A stretch of 64,000 nucleotides of DNA from Bacteriovoracia bacterium (GTDB lineage Bacteria > Bdellovibrionota > UBA1018 > CAIPTA01). The position numbers were made by a program, and so were the translations under genes. A model generated the notes under the pieces. The model did not search any database. It was not told the DNA's origin and saw nothing but the letters and a program-made list of their open reading frames with translations. Shown here piece by piece: positions 8,376 to 17,128 of the stretch (positions within the stretch are counted from its first letter, which is position 1; each line of letters opens with the position of its first letter). The DNA lies in contig JBFWVL010000003.1 of the NCBI GenBank assembly GCA_050246755.1, positions 1 through 64,000 of the forward strand, written 5' to 3'.

Positions 8376-11300
8376 GGATCCGGAGGGCCCTTTTCAGGAA
8401 TCTCCGCTGGCAGCGTGGGAAGGAAGGCGTCGAAGAGTAAGGTTTTGTAGCCCAGGTTCACGATCTCTTCTTGTTTCAGATTTTGCGGAGAAAATTTTTC
8501 CTGGAACTTGGTGAAATCAATTCCCTGAATGCGGAGCGTGCGCAAAATTTCCTGGGCGGCTTCGGCGATGAAAGGCACCGCACGATTATCGCCGTTGGCG
8601 AGAATCACGAGGCCCTTGCCTTGGTCTGGCCCGAAGAAACAATGGAGGTAGAGGGCACGGAAACCTTCGTTGGCACCCTGGTGGAGCGCGAATTTGTTGG
8701 GGCCGGCTTCCGCCACGAACACGCCGAGGCCCATCTCGCAGCCCATGAAGGCGCGGCAGCCTTTGTCGGAGCCGTGGAGCATGCGCACGGCCGTATCGTG
8801 GGAAATGCCTTCGCCGCCGTCTAGCTCATGGTAAGCCTCGCTGAGGTTGCGCAGGAAGTGCGCTATATCGCTCGCGGTGCCGAAAGCGCCGGCGGTGAAA
8901 CCAGGAAAGTGGAGGCGGCCTCCGGGAACTTCGTCTCCTGAATCCAGGTAGCCCGTGGCGGAGGGGGACGAGTAATGAAACGTAGTATTTTCGAGGCCAA
9001 ATAATTCCGAGGTATTTACGCCGAGCGATTTGAGGAGATGCTCCACCACCAAGAAACCGCCGCCGGAGTAATGAAATTCCTTTCCGGGCTCGGCCAAGAT
9101 TTTGATTTTCTCGTAGCCATGCTTGCCATCCATTAATTCCAGCAAATCCGGCATTTCCCGTGTGGGAGGCAGGCCCTTCACGTAATGCATGTTCAGGGCG
9201 GAGTGGCCGAGGAGATGCTCGAGAGTAACCTGTTCCGCCCAATTTTTGTGGGGAGAAGAGAGGCGAAAGGGTGATTTAGCGCGCGCGAAAAGCTCGTTTA
9301 CCGGAGTGGCAAGGGGGATATTCAATTCGCGGAAGGCCTCGAGGGCGAGGGCGGCGGCAAAAGTTTTGCTGAGCGAGGCAATTTCGAATCTGGTTTCTTT
9401 TGTTACGGGGATCCCTTTTTTACTTTCGCCATAGCTAAGAGACTGGGTATTGCCGTGAAAATTTAGGGCCACGCCGGCGCCCATAATTCCGTATTTTACC
9501 CGCAAGGACTCAATTTTTTCTTTGAGCTGGTTGAGGGGCTGCGCGGTCATTCGCTTTCGCGTGATCTCCCAGAGGGCGGAACGGGCATTTTCCTGCTCTT
9601 GATCAGGAGAATTGTTGACCCTGGTGGCGAGCGATTCCAGCAATTCTTTCGCGGATTTTCCCTGCGCCGAGATGAGGAACTTAAAGCCGAATTTTTTGCA
9701 GTACGTTTCCCCTAAGGCGCGCAGCTCTTCCTGCACGCTTTCTTCGCCGGCCAGCGCCTGGGCCTGTTCGGCGGCGGCCTTGGCATCGAGGGTTTTTTTG
9801 CTCTGGCCGATATCTCCGTGGAAAGAGGCGGCGGCGAGAATTTCGGCCAGTGAAAAAGAGCGCACGATCCGTTCGGCTTCACCGAAGTCTTCCGCCACCA
9901 GCAGGGCCATGTCTTCAGCGAATCGTTCCGATCCGCAGATTTCAAAGTAATGCTCGAAGCGTTGCACGTATTCGGGCAGCGCGAATTTTCCCGGATCCAG
10001 CTCATTGGCTTTCGCCCACGGGTCTTGGGCGGAGCGAATGGCATCCACGGTAAAGGGCATCAGCAGTTCCGTGGCGAATTCCACGGGCCTTTCGGCCGTC
10101 ATCAGCTGGAGCATGATGCGCATTGAAATCGGGTACCAACGTGCGGTGCGCTCGTCCCACTTCACCTGCACGATCTTTTTTCCGTTGGAGAGATCCCGGC
10201 GGATGAAGTTCATTTCTTCGTGCGCGATGCAGATAAATTCTTCGAGGGAGAAGCGGCCGTGGGCGAGCTCGGCCCAGACCTCCCAGCGTGACCTTTCGGC
10301 GGTGGCCAGATCGTCCATCACGCGCACCGGGATGCCGTCGATGATGGTGGGGAGGGCCACGCAGCCATTCCCCGAGAGCCAGTCGGTTAGGTACTGCAGC
10401 GACTGAAACACGTTGTAGCGGATTTCATCGGGGTGATTATTGGGAATGAAGTCCGACTCCTTGATGTCGGCTACGATCAATGAGCGCACGTAGCTGGGAT
10501 TATCGGTGTCCAGGCCCTCAATATCGGGACCGGAAATAAAGCCCAAAATTTCTTTATGGTATTTTTCATCGAGCAGGGAAGTGACTAAACTCGTGAGCTT
10601 CGATCCGTCGCCCGCTATTTTTTGTTTCCAGGCTTCCACCAAAGCTAGGCCCAGGCGCACGAAATCGGGGTGTGCTACCCAAAATCCCGTCAGGTTCCGC
10701 TTCATCTGGGTGATCACGTCTTTGAGGTAGCCCTTCAGCGTGATTTGCAGCGAATCATGCCCCTGGGCGGGAAGGATTCCGTACATTCCCCCCACCTTGA
10801 TGCCGCCGCGGGATCCTACCGCTTCCGCCAGGAGATTATGGGAAGCCTTAATGTACTTGATCACGATATTCGGATCGGCCTTCACGGGGATGCGGTAGTT
10901 GGCGTCGTTCTTAAAGAGCCGCGCGGTGGAGGCAAGGTAGTCGTGCCAGCCCAGCGAGGCCCCAGCGAAGTAAGGGTACAGAGCATCCATGATCTCGTGC
11001 GCTCGCAGAATGGCGCGAGGATTTTCGAGCACGATCATGAGGCGCACGCTGCCCGGCCGGTACGTATGGTGCTGGGCCTGGATCATGCGCTCCGCCGTGG
11101 CGATCATCAGGTGGATATACGCGGCCTCTTCCTCGTTCTCGAGCTTGGGGACGTAAAAAACGAGAGCCCGCGGGTTATTCCAATTACGGAAGAGGTGGAG
11201 CGCGAAATCATAGAGGTGAAGGGGGAGGGGATTTGCTTGGTAGAAAAGAAAATTGGAAGGCAGAGCCAATCCCGGAAATCTTTTTATCGGCAGGGCGAGA

Positions 11301-11989
11301 TGATCAGCCGCCAGCTCGTAGTTTTTTGTCCCCTCGCTTAATGAAAGCGTGCCTTCAAAGCAGCCGGTGAGATTTACGGCGGCGTCCACGAGATCGGCAC
11401 GGAGCGGGGTCTTGGAGTCTTCGTCGTCGGCCCCCCACATGGGAGAGCCAGCGCTGGACGAAGCCAATAGCTCGGCCACGATCGCGGGCTCGGTGGGCAA
11501 TTTGCGGTGGTAGGAATTCATCGCATTGATCGCCATTTTCGCGGAATCGGGCGGGCCGAAAAGCGTTACGTGTGGGCCCATAAGAAATTCCGGAAGAGGC
11601 GCTACCTTCGCCCCGCCTTGACGGCAGTAATTTTTATTTTTCGGCCCGATCACAATGCGACCCTTCGCGTCTTCAAGGCCGAGCACGGTTTGGTAGTCGG
11701 GGCTCAGCCAGTCGCGGCGCAAGCTTTCATTGAAGGCATGGCAGGCGGTCACTCGTTCATCAATGAATTTACGGTCGAGGATGCGCTGGCGCAGAACTTT
11801 GGCGAGCGTCGGCTTGATTTCTTCGTAGAGCGCGACCAAAAACTTTAGAGACTCCTCGGTTTCGAGCCCGCCGCCCTCTCCCACCTGCGCTAGGCCTTCC
11901 ACGCCCTTTACGGCGCGAGCCTCGGCCAGCAATGCTTTCAGCAAGTTCGGCGAAATATAGTCGTGGTAGTAGGGGATCTCGAAGCTCAC
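7370..11989 (-). CDS. Four-domain purine-catabolism fusion: malate synthase / OHCU decarboxylase / beta-lactamase-fold serine hydrolase / allantoicase
   Basis: Single uninterrupted 1539-aa ORF with a GTG start 5 nt after the uraH stop; domain motifs are listed in the sub-features. Confidence 0.9.
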   Translation of the reverse strand: MSFEIPYYHDYISPNLLKALLAEARAVKGVEGLAQVGEGGGLETEESLKFLVALYEEIKPTLAKVLRQRILDRKFIDERVTACHAFNESLRRDWLSPDYQTVLGLEDAKGRIVIGPKNKNYCRQGGAKVAPLPEFLMGPHVTLFGPPDSAKMAINAMNSYHRKLPTEPAIVAELLASSSAGSPMWGADDEDSKTPLRADLVDAAVNLTGCFEGTLSLSEGTKNYELAADHLALPIKRFPGLALPSNFLFYQANPLPLHLYDFALHLFRNWNNPRALVFYVPKLENEEEAAYIHLMIATAERMIQAQHHTYRPGSVRLMIVLENPRAILRAHEIMDALYPYFAGASLGWHDYLASTARLFKNDANYRIPVKADPNIVIKYIKASHNLLAEAVGSRGGIKVGGMYGILPAQGHDSLQITLKGYLKDVITQMKRNLTGFWVAHPDFVRLGLALVEAWKQKIAGDGSKLTSLVTSLLDEKYHKEILGFISGPDIEGLDTDNPSYVRSLIVADIKESDFIPNNHPDEIRYNVFQSLQYLTDWLSGNGCVALPTIIDGIPVRVMDDLATAERSRWEVWAELAHGRFSLEEFICIAHEEMNFIRRDLSNGKKIVQVKWDERTARWYPISMRIMLQLMTAERPVEFATELLMPFTVDAIRSAQDPWAKANELDPGKFALPEYVQRFEHYFEICGSERFAEDMALLVAEDFGEAERIVRSFSLAEILAAASFHGDIGQSKKTLDAKAAAEQAQALAGEESVQEELRALGETYCKKFGFKFLISAQGKSAKELLESLATRVNNSPDQEQENARSALWEITRKRMTAQPLNQLKEKIESLRVKYGIMGAGVALNFHGNTQSLSYGESKKGIPVTKETRFEIASLSKTFAAALALEAFRELNIPLATPVNELFARAKSPFRLSSPHKNWAEQVTLEHLLGHSALNMHYVKGLPPTREMPDLLELMDGKHGYEKIKILAEPGKEFHYSGGGFLVVEHLLKSLGVNTSELFGLENTTFHYSSPSATGYLDSGDEVPGGRLHFPGFTAGAFGTASDIAHFLRNLSEAYHELDGGEGISHDTAVRMLHGSDKGCRAFMGCEMGLGVFVAEAGPNKFALHQGANEGFRALYLHCFFGPDQGKGLVILANGDNRAVPFIAEAAQEILRTLRIQGIDFTKFQEKFSPQNLKQEEIVNLGYKTLLFDAFLPTLPAEIPEKGPPDPLASRNILVGAKILSCTNQKFARAENLISPHLPLFNPELFCDQGKVMDSWESARHNPLGKETLVLELRKPSSIRYASLSTKFHDGNQAEFVALFGLSHGTWREILPKTPLQGHSLLRFDLGLNTTVYDQIRVEMFPDGGFSRLGLYQDLPESEARNFSPGAKSLRFDEAIPKTRKPLTIPYTFSAEEKRKNFHSGAEIDFASQAFGAKLVSASNEHYGPAAQVISPYPPIHMFDGMESSRSRDPGHHEEVVIELAAPTQIGRVELDYTFFVNNNPLYVSLHGLSGNKWIELVPKTKAKAFAGNRQEFHFPHAEIFTAVQVKTYPDGGINRIRIFA
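8525..9530 (-). other. Serine hydrolase domain of the beta-lactamase class C/AmpC superfamily
   Basis: FEIAS872LSK875 (SxxK), LLGHSA, FHY974SGGGF, H1103QGANEGF. Boundaries approximate. Confidence 0.88.
9545..9975 (-). other. OHCU decarboxylase (UraD) domain of the fusion
   Basis: CGSERF, H724GDIG, AEQA, YCKKFGFKFLISAQGKS, EITRKRM. Confidence 0.88.
10050..11989 (-). other. Malate synthase A-like domain of the fusion
   Basis: GP...KMAINAMN, ADDEDS, R237, DFALHLF, YVPKLE, VLEN, GWHDY, GGM, GFWVAHP, WLSGNGCV, MDD560LATAERSR. Confidence 0.88.
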
Positions 11990-11994
11990 AAAAA

Positions 11995-12318
11995 CTAGCT
12001 GCCCCGGTAGGTGGAATACCCGTAGGGATTGAGGAGAAGGGGCACGTGGTATTTCCGTTTCGTATCGGAAATTTCAAAATGCACGGGCACGATGGTAAAG
12101 AAGGGTTTCACGTTATTTTTCTTAAAGTAATCGTCCACGAAAAATTGTAGACGATAGCCACCGGCTTCTAGGGCGCAGTCGAAAGCGATGCGCCCATCGG
12201 CATTAGTTTTCTCGGTGGCGAGAATGTCCCAGGAACCGCCGTCTTTTTTCTCGAGCTGCACCGTAACTTGGGCGGCCGGGTTTCCGAGACTGGTATCGAG
12301 AATATGGGTGCTGATCAT
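11995..12318 (-). CDS. uraH: 5-hydroxyisourate hydrolase (transthyretin-like)
   Basis: ISTHILDT...G.PA, TNADGR, YHVPLLL, C-terminal YRGS. Confidence 0.97.
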   Translation of the reverse strand: MISTHILDTSLGNPAAQVTVQLEKKDGGSWDILATEKTNADGRIAFDCALEAGGYRLQFFVDDYFKKNNVKPFFTIVPVHFEISDTKRKYHVPLLLNPYGYSTYRGS

Positions 12319-12409
12319 GGGCTAAAGCATAGGGCTAGGTGGGCCTAAAGGCAAACCATGGCGCAACGTGACAACCCACCCAAATCTTGGATTCATGGTA
12401 TAAAGGAGC

Positions 12410-13147
12410 ATGGAAACCAAAACCTATCGGACCAACCTAAACTGTGGAAAATGCCTCGCCACCGTGACCCCCTTTCTCAACGGAGAAAATTCGATTGTAA
12501 GCTGGGAGCTGGATATTCAGGACCAGCGGAAACCACTGACGATCCGCGCGGAAAAGGTGAACGACGGCGCGGTGAGGAGTGCGGTAGAAAAGGCGGGCTT
12601 TAAAGTTTTCGAAGAAATAAAGCCTAAATCTTCCTCCCCGGTGGCTGCTTCGGTGCCTAATGCCCCCTCCCTGAAAACCTATTTTCCCCTGATCTTGATC
12701 TTCGCCTATATCGCAAGCGGCGTGGCGCTGCTCGCCTATCAAACCGGTGATAGGGAAACCGAAACCCTGATGCGCAATTTCATGGGCGGTTTCTTCCTGG
12801 TATTTTCTTTTTTCAAGTTGCTCAACGTAAAGGCATTCGCGGAGGCATACCAAACCTACGACGTCGTGGCTAAGGCCGTCCCAGCCTATGGATTCTTCTA
12901 TCCGTTTATCGAGCTCGGCTTAGGTATCGCGTACCTAGGAAATTTTTCACCGGTGGTGCTCAATTGGATCACGCTCGCGATAATGGGGGTGAGCACGATC
13001 GGCGTGGCGAAAGCTTTGTGGAAAAAGAATCGTATCGAATGCGCCTGTCTCGGCACCGTTTTTAAATTGCCGATGACGAAAGTGACGCTCTTCGAAGATC
13101 TTTTGATGGTGGCCATGGCCACCGTCATGCTGCTGCGGCATCAGTAG
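12410..13147 (+). CDS. HMA-domain / MauE-DoxX family membrane protein
   Basis: N-terminal NLNCGKC; TM region with FSFFKLL, YPFIEL, IECACLG; AAGGAG RBS. Confidence 0.85.
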   Translation: METKTYRTNLNCGKCLATVTPFLNGENSIVSWELDIQDQRKPLTIRAEKVNDGAVRSAVEKAGFKVFEEIKPKSSSPVAASVPNAPSLKTYFPLILIFAYIASGVALLAYQTGDRETETLMRNFMGGFFLVFSFFKLLNVKAFAEAYQTYDVVAKAVPAYGFFYPFIELGLGIAYLGNFSPVVLNWITLAIMGVSTIGVAKALWKKNRIECACLGTVFKLPMTKVTLFEDLLMVAMATVMLLRHQ

Positions 13148-13867
13148 TTACGCGCGGGGCCGCTTCTTCGGGCTCCACTGGCAGAATAGCTTGGGCCGGG
13201 CACCGTAGTCGATCTGCTGCTCCACCATTTGATCGAATACGTAGAGCAAATGATCGTGCTCGCGCTTACCTACATTGAATCCGCGGCTATCGCCCAGGAG
13301 ATCGATCGTGTGGTGGATGGCCTCCACCGTGGAGTGGCAATAGGGTTTGGGCTGGCGGCGTATACGAAACCGAGACGGTGCCGGCGGATCGAAGCAAATC
13401 TTGGGCAAACTCTGGAGATTTTTGCTCAGGCGCAGAATTTTCGGAGCGGTGAACCAGGTTCCGTCGATCACGAAAACCACGAGCGCCTTGGATTCCGGAA
13501 AAAGCGATCCGCGTTCTTTGGGCGAAAAGGTGCTGAGGTTCATGGAGTGTTCTCCCGGGTAGAGAATCACGCAGTGGTTGCGCCCGTCCTGCACGAGTTC
13601 GTTCACGCGGGCATGCCCGGTAAAATCGGTGCCGATGAGCATCTCGGAGCTCGTGAGCATTAAATGAGAAAGGCGGCCCGTACCAATGCGGTTCTGCGCC
13701 TCGCGGAGATGCGTCAAAATCACGAATTTAGTTTTGGGATCAAATGGCTTCAGATGGGCACAAATGCAGGTGACGGGGGAGCGTAGGCACTGGAGGCAGA
13801 GGCCCCGGTCCTCCACGGGTAATGGCGTAACCTTTTTTCGCTTCTTTAGGTAGTCGGCCATTCGCAT
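13148..13867 (-). CDS. DTW-domain tRNA-uridine aminocarboxypropyltransferase (TapT/YfiP-like)
   Basis: CxxC...CIC, H..E...GTGRL, IDGTW, HSTVEA. Start at 13867 or 13861. Confidence 0.88.
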   Translation of the reverse strand: MRMADYLKKRKKVTPLPVEDRGLCLQCLRSPVTCICAHLKPFDPKTKFVILTHLREAQNRIGTGRLSHLMLTSSEMLIGTDFTGHARVNELVQDGRNHCVILYPGEHSMNLSTFSPKERGSLFPESKALVVFVIDGTWFTAPKILRLSKNLQSLPKICFDPPAPSRFRIRRQPKPYCHSTVEAIHHTIDLLGDSRGFNVGKREHDHLLYVFDQMVEQQIDYGARPKLFCQWSPKKRPRA

Positions 13868-13919
13868 GGGGCCAGGTTCGCATAGATCCCAATATATTTT
13901 CCAGAAATTCGGCTCTAAG

Positions 13920-14504
13920 ATGGGGCCTGTGCCAGAAATACTCCCAGACCATCCCGCCGAACTCCTCGAGCGATTGAATCGCCTCATGAAGGGACCATTT
14001 GACTACGAATTTTCCAAGTACGTATACGTACCCCAGAGCACGAAGGACGACCGGGAATACCTGCGCGTGCCTTCATTGGAGGCTGCCGGAAAGGTAGATT
14101 CTTTATTGGGCAGCCTGAAGGCGCATCAGGAGCTAGCCCTGCATTCCCGTCTCTTTCGTGGATCCGAAGTATTGCATATTCCCATGCTGGATTTGGACCA
14201 GGCTTTTTCCGACACTCACCTCGCCGCGCTAAACGATCTGATGAGAGAATTCGGGGTTTCCGAATTTGCCGTCTACAATTCCGGAAGGTCGGCTCACGTG
14301 TATGGCTTAGGGTTATTGTCCGCGGAGCGCTTGAACCAATTTTTTGCCCGGGCCTTGCTTTTGAATTTGCCCGGAAAGAAGCCGATCGTGGATGCGCGTT
14401 GGATCGGCCACCGTCTCTACGCCGGTTATGGTTCTCTGCGATGGTCCTGCAATACGAAGCAGTATTTGGGCGCGCCGAAGGCGATCGGGATTTTTCGAAG
14501 CTGA
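13920..14504 (+). CDS. Stand-alone archaeo-eukaryotic primase (AEP)-like protein
   Basis: HIPMLDLD (DxD motif I), YNSGRSAHVYG (motif II), IVDARW...SLRW. Confidence 0.65.
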   Translation: MGPVPEILPDHPAELLERLNRLMKGPFDYEFSKYVYVPQSTKDDREYLRVPSLEAAGKVDSLLGSLKAHQELALHSRLFRGSEVLHIPMLDLDQAFSDTHLAALNDLMREFGVSEFAVYNSGRSAHVYGLGLLSAERLNQFFARALLLNLPGKKPIVDARWIGHRLYAGYGSLRWSCNTKQYLGAPKAIGIFRS

Positions 14505-14629
14505 CCCATCGCTGCTTTGCTCGAGCTTTCTTCCTATTGCTTGGAAACCTGCTTGCCCATCGTGAGGAGCAGAGTTGCCGAGCTTAGCCAGCCAATCCAG
14601 TCGATTCCGGTATTTTGCACGATCCTGCC

Positions 14630-14667
14630 AAAAATAAAAAATCCCGCTCAGTGAGGGCCGAGCGGGA
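14630..14667 (-). terminator. Rho-independent terminator of the hemerythrin gene
   Basis: Minus strand reads TCCCGCTC-loop-GAGCGGGA then TTTTTTATTTTT. Confidence 0.8.
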
Positions 14668-14692
14668 CCAGAGACAAATCGGCTATCGTTCC

Positions 14693-15217
14693 TTAGGCCG
14701 CGGCCAAAACTTCGCCCGAGAAATCCTGGTAGAGGCGGGAATATTCTTGGCCCATCTCCACGCGCTCTTCGAGGTCGAATTCTTTGCGCACGTCTTTGAA
14801 CATATCTTCTTCTTCCTCTTCGATATGATGCTCCACGAGCTCGGCGAGAACTTTTACGCGGGCACGCCATTCGTCTTTATCGGTGGTGGCTTTGATCTCT
14901 TCGATCAGGCCGTCGGCGATATGGTGCTCGGTATCGCCCTCGAAGCCTTCGGTGCGGATATCACTATCGCGCTCTTTCATTGGTACGTAGAGGGCTTTCT
15001 CTTCGGGTTTTGCGTGATTGAGGAGAAGAGGGGCAAACTCGCTGAATGCTTTGCGTAGTTCCGGAAGGGTGGCTTCCGAGTTCTTCATGGTTTTAATGAG
15101 CTTCTTGAGGGGCTTATGATCCTTCAAGATGATTTCGAGGATATCGTTCTGGTCCGTGGCTTTTTTTACGGCTTTGGTTTTCTTCAATGGTTTTTTGGCT
15201 TTTGCGGATTTTTTCAT
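14693..15217 (-). CDS. Hemerythrin (HHE cation-binding) domain protein with a Lys-rich N-tail
   Basis: [25 protein letters not shown]. Confidence 0.88.
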   Translation of the reverse strand: MKKSAKAKKPLKKTKAVKKATDQNDILEIILKDHKPLKKLIKTMKNSEATLPELRKAFSEFAPLLLNHAKPEEKALYVPMKERDSDIRTEGFEGDTEHHIADGLIEEIKATTDKDEWRARVKVLAELVEHHIEEEEEDMFKDVRKEFDLEERVEMGQEYSRLYQDFSGEVLAAA

Positions 15218-15268
15218 GTGTGTTCCCTTTTCGTTAAAAGATGTGCATCCCGGTGCAGTCCCCCTTTC

Positions 15269-15283
15269 GCAACGTCTGTGCCA
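15269..15283 (-). promoter_or_regulatory. Sigma54 (-24/-12) promoter of the hemerythrin gene
   Basis: Minus strand TGGCACAGACGTTGC (GG-N10-GC), about 50 nt upstream of the start codon. Confidence 0.7.
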
Positions 15284-15438
15284 TTTGATTCTTTACGGTT
15301 GGCGGAAAATGGAGATTGGCAAAAGGGGGAATAGGGGCAATTTGGGCACATTCTTGGTTGGCGACGGGGGAAATAAATCCCCGGATTCCCCGGTTTGCCT
15401 TTGCTCGAGGGTAGCATCGAAGCTAAGCTGGCTGCCTA

Positions 15439-16326
15439 GTGCAGCCCAAAGATCTTTTACTCGGCCTTCTGGTGATGGCTATCTGGGGATTTAACTTCGT
15501 GGCCATCCGTATAGGGCTCCACGATATTCCTCCCATTCTTCTCTGCGCCCTGCGATTCCTGCTTTCTGCCTTGCCCGCGGTATTCTTTTTTCCGCGGCCC
15601 AAGGGAAGCTGGTCCTTGCTCTTTGGCTTCGCCATTTTTACCTTCGCGTTGCAGTTCAGCTTTCTCTTCGTGGGAATGCAGCTCGGGATGCCCGCCGGCT
15701 TAGCTTCGCTCATTGGGCAGTTCCAGGTATTTTTCACGATGGGTTTGGCGCTCTGGTTTTTCGGAGAAAAGCCGAGCCGCTGGAAATTAAGCGGCGCCTT
15801 CATTTCTTTTCTCGGAATCCTGATCGTGGCGGCGAACTTTCACGGCTCGGCCAACCTGATCGGCTTGATGCTGAGCCTGCTGGCCGCGTTGGCGTGGGCC
15901 TTTGGGAATATGTATAGCAAAAAAATTTCGGCGCAGTCCTCGCTTGCGCTGGTGGTGTGGGGGAGCTTGCTGGCCTCGCCGTTTTTAATCGTGCTATCCC
16001 TGCTCGTCGATGGGCCCGCGGCGATTGCCGCGGCCTTTCAGCATCTCACCTGGACGGCGGCGGGAGCGATCGCCTATATCGTTTACCTCTCTACTTACGT
16101 GGGCTATTCGCTATGGGGGTATTTGCTCAATCGCTACCCTACGGCTACGGTGGCGCCGTTTAGCTTGCTCGTGCCGGTTTTCGGTTTTTTAGGCGCTCAC
16201 TTCGCGCTGGGCGAAGAGTTTCCGCTGTGGAAGCTTTTTGCTTCGGCCCTAGTGGTGCTCGGGCTGATGTTCAATCTTTTCGAGGCAAAGATTAGGGCGC
16301 TGCTTGCATCGTTTTACTCAGAATAA
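15439..16326 (+). CDS. eamA: EamA/DMT family exporter (O-acetylserine/cysteine exporter-like)
   Basis: IWGFNFVAI, PPILLCALRF, GMPAGLASL, VAPFSLLVPVFG; 10 TM. Confidence 0.85.
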   Translation: MQPKDLLLGLLVMAIWGFNFVAIRIGLHDIPPILLCALRFLLSALPAVFFFPRPKGSWSLLFGFAIFTFALQFSFLFVGMQLGMPAGLASLIGQFQVFFTMGLALWFFGEKPSRWKLSGAFISFLGILIVAANFHGSANLIGLMLSLLAALAWAFGNMYSKKISAQSSLALVVWGSLLASPFLIVLSLLVDGPAAIAAAFQHLTWTAAGAIAYIVYLSTYVGYSLWGYLLNRYPTATVAPFSLLVPVFGFLGAHFALGEEFPLWKLFASALVVLGLMFNLFEAKIRALLASFYSE

Positions 16327-16927
16327 AGTGCGCGGGCAAAAATAGAACCAACGGCAGCACCACCAGCAAGCCCAAAAACCAAGTGGTGGGGGAAACCCAC
16401 GTCTGGGCCGCGGCGTCGCTCATTCCCCACACGTAGTTGATATTCACGGGCTGGAGTCCGGCGTCGGGATTCGGGCCGGGCATCAGGAAATAGCAGACGA
16501 AAAGCAAGGCCCAGGCAAGGGCCGTCCACGCGGGGAGCCCGCGTTTATTATAGCCCAAGCGGTATACGAGGAAGAGAAGGAGAAAAGGAATCCAGCCGTG
16601 GAAGAGGGAAAGCCCACGCAGAAATAGCGAAGAGTTGGGATTGAACATATAGGCGGTCATCCCGGTGAGCGGAAAGCCAAAAATGCTGGTCAAGAAATCT
16701 GCTACCCAGAGGGCTTGCGGTAAGATGATTCCCACCGCACACATCGAGATCAGGAGGGTGCTCTCCGTCCAGATCCCTACGAGTGTGAGGATGAGGGCGA
16801 CGTCGCAGAAATAGAGAAAATTCGTGGGCCCGTAGTAATGCCAGTAAACAGGGATCAGTATGGCCATGAAGGCGGTATAAGCGAGCTTCAGCGGTAGGGG
16901 AAGGCGTGGGCTGGCGGGGAATAGCAT
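16292..16927 (-). CDS. Conserved integral membrane protein, function unknown
   Basis: About 6 TM; YGPTNFLYFCD, SLFH, NINYVWG; GGAG RBS. Confidence 0.8.
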   Translation of the reverse strand: MLFPASPRLPLPLKLAYTAFMAILIPVYWHYYGPTNFLYFCDVALILTLVGIWTESTLLISMCAVGIILPQALWVADFLTSIFGFPLTGMTAYMFNPNSSLFLRGLSLFHGWIPFLLLFLVYRLGYNKRGLPAWTALAWALLFVCYFLMPGPNPDAGLQPVNINYVWGMSDAAAQTWVSPTTWFLGLLVVLPLVLFLPAHFILSKTMQAAP

Positions 16928-17128
16928 GGGCTCTCCTGCGTGACTGAAATTGAGATTGGCAAAATTGTCACTCTTTTGCCTGGTAATTGCAGTATAAATT
17001 CAAAGCCTTGCAGTTGCTGGGGAAATGGGCTACCGCCCTAGTCCTGACATTTTTCACGAATTATTATCGTTCGAGGACAATTATATTTTTCTTTATGTTT
17101 AGTGCGCCGCGTTGCGAATGATTTGTTC

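Noticed and set aside
8525-9530. Antibiotic-resistance beta-lactamase
   Set aside because: It is an internal domain of a cytoplasmic metabolic fusion with no signal peptide, and has YSG/HQG rather than the AmpC YxN/KTG motifs.
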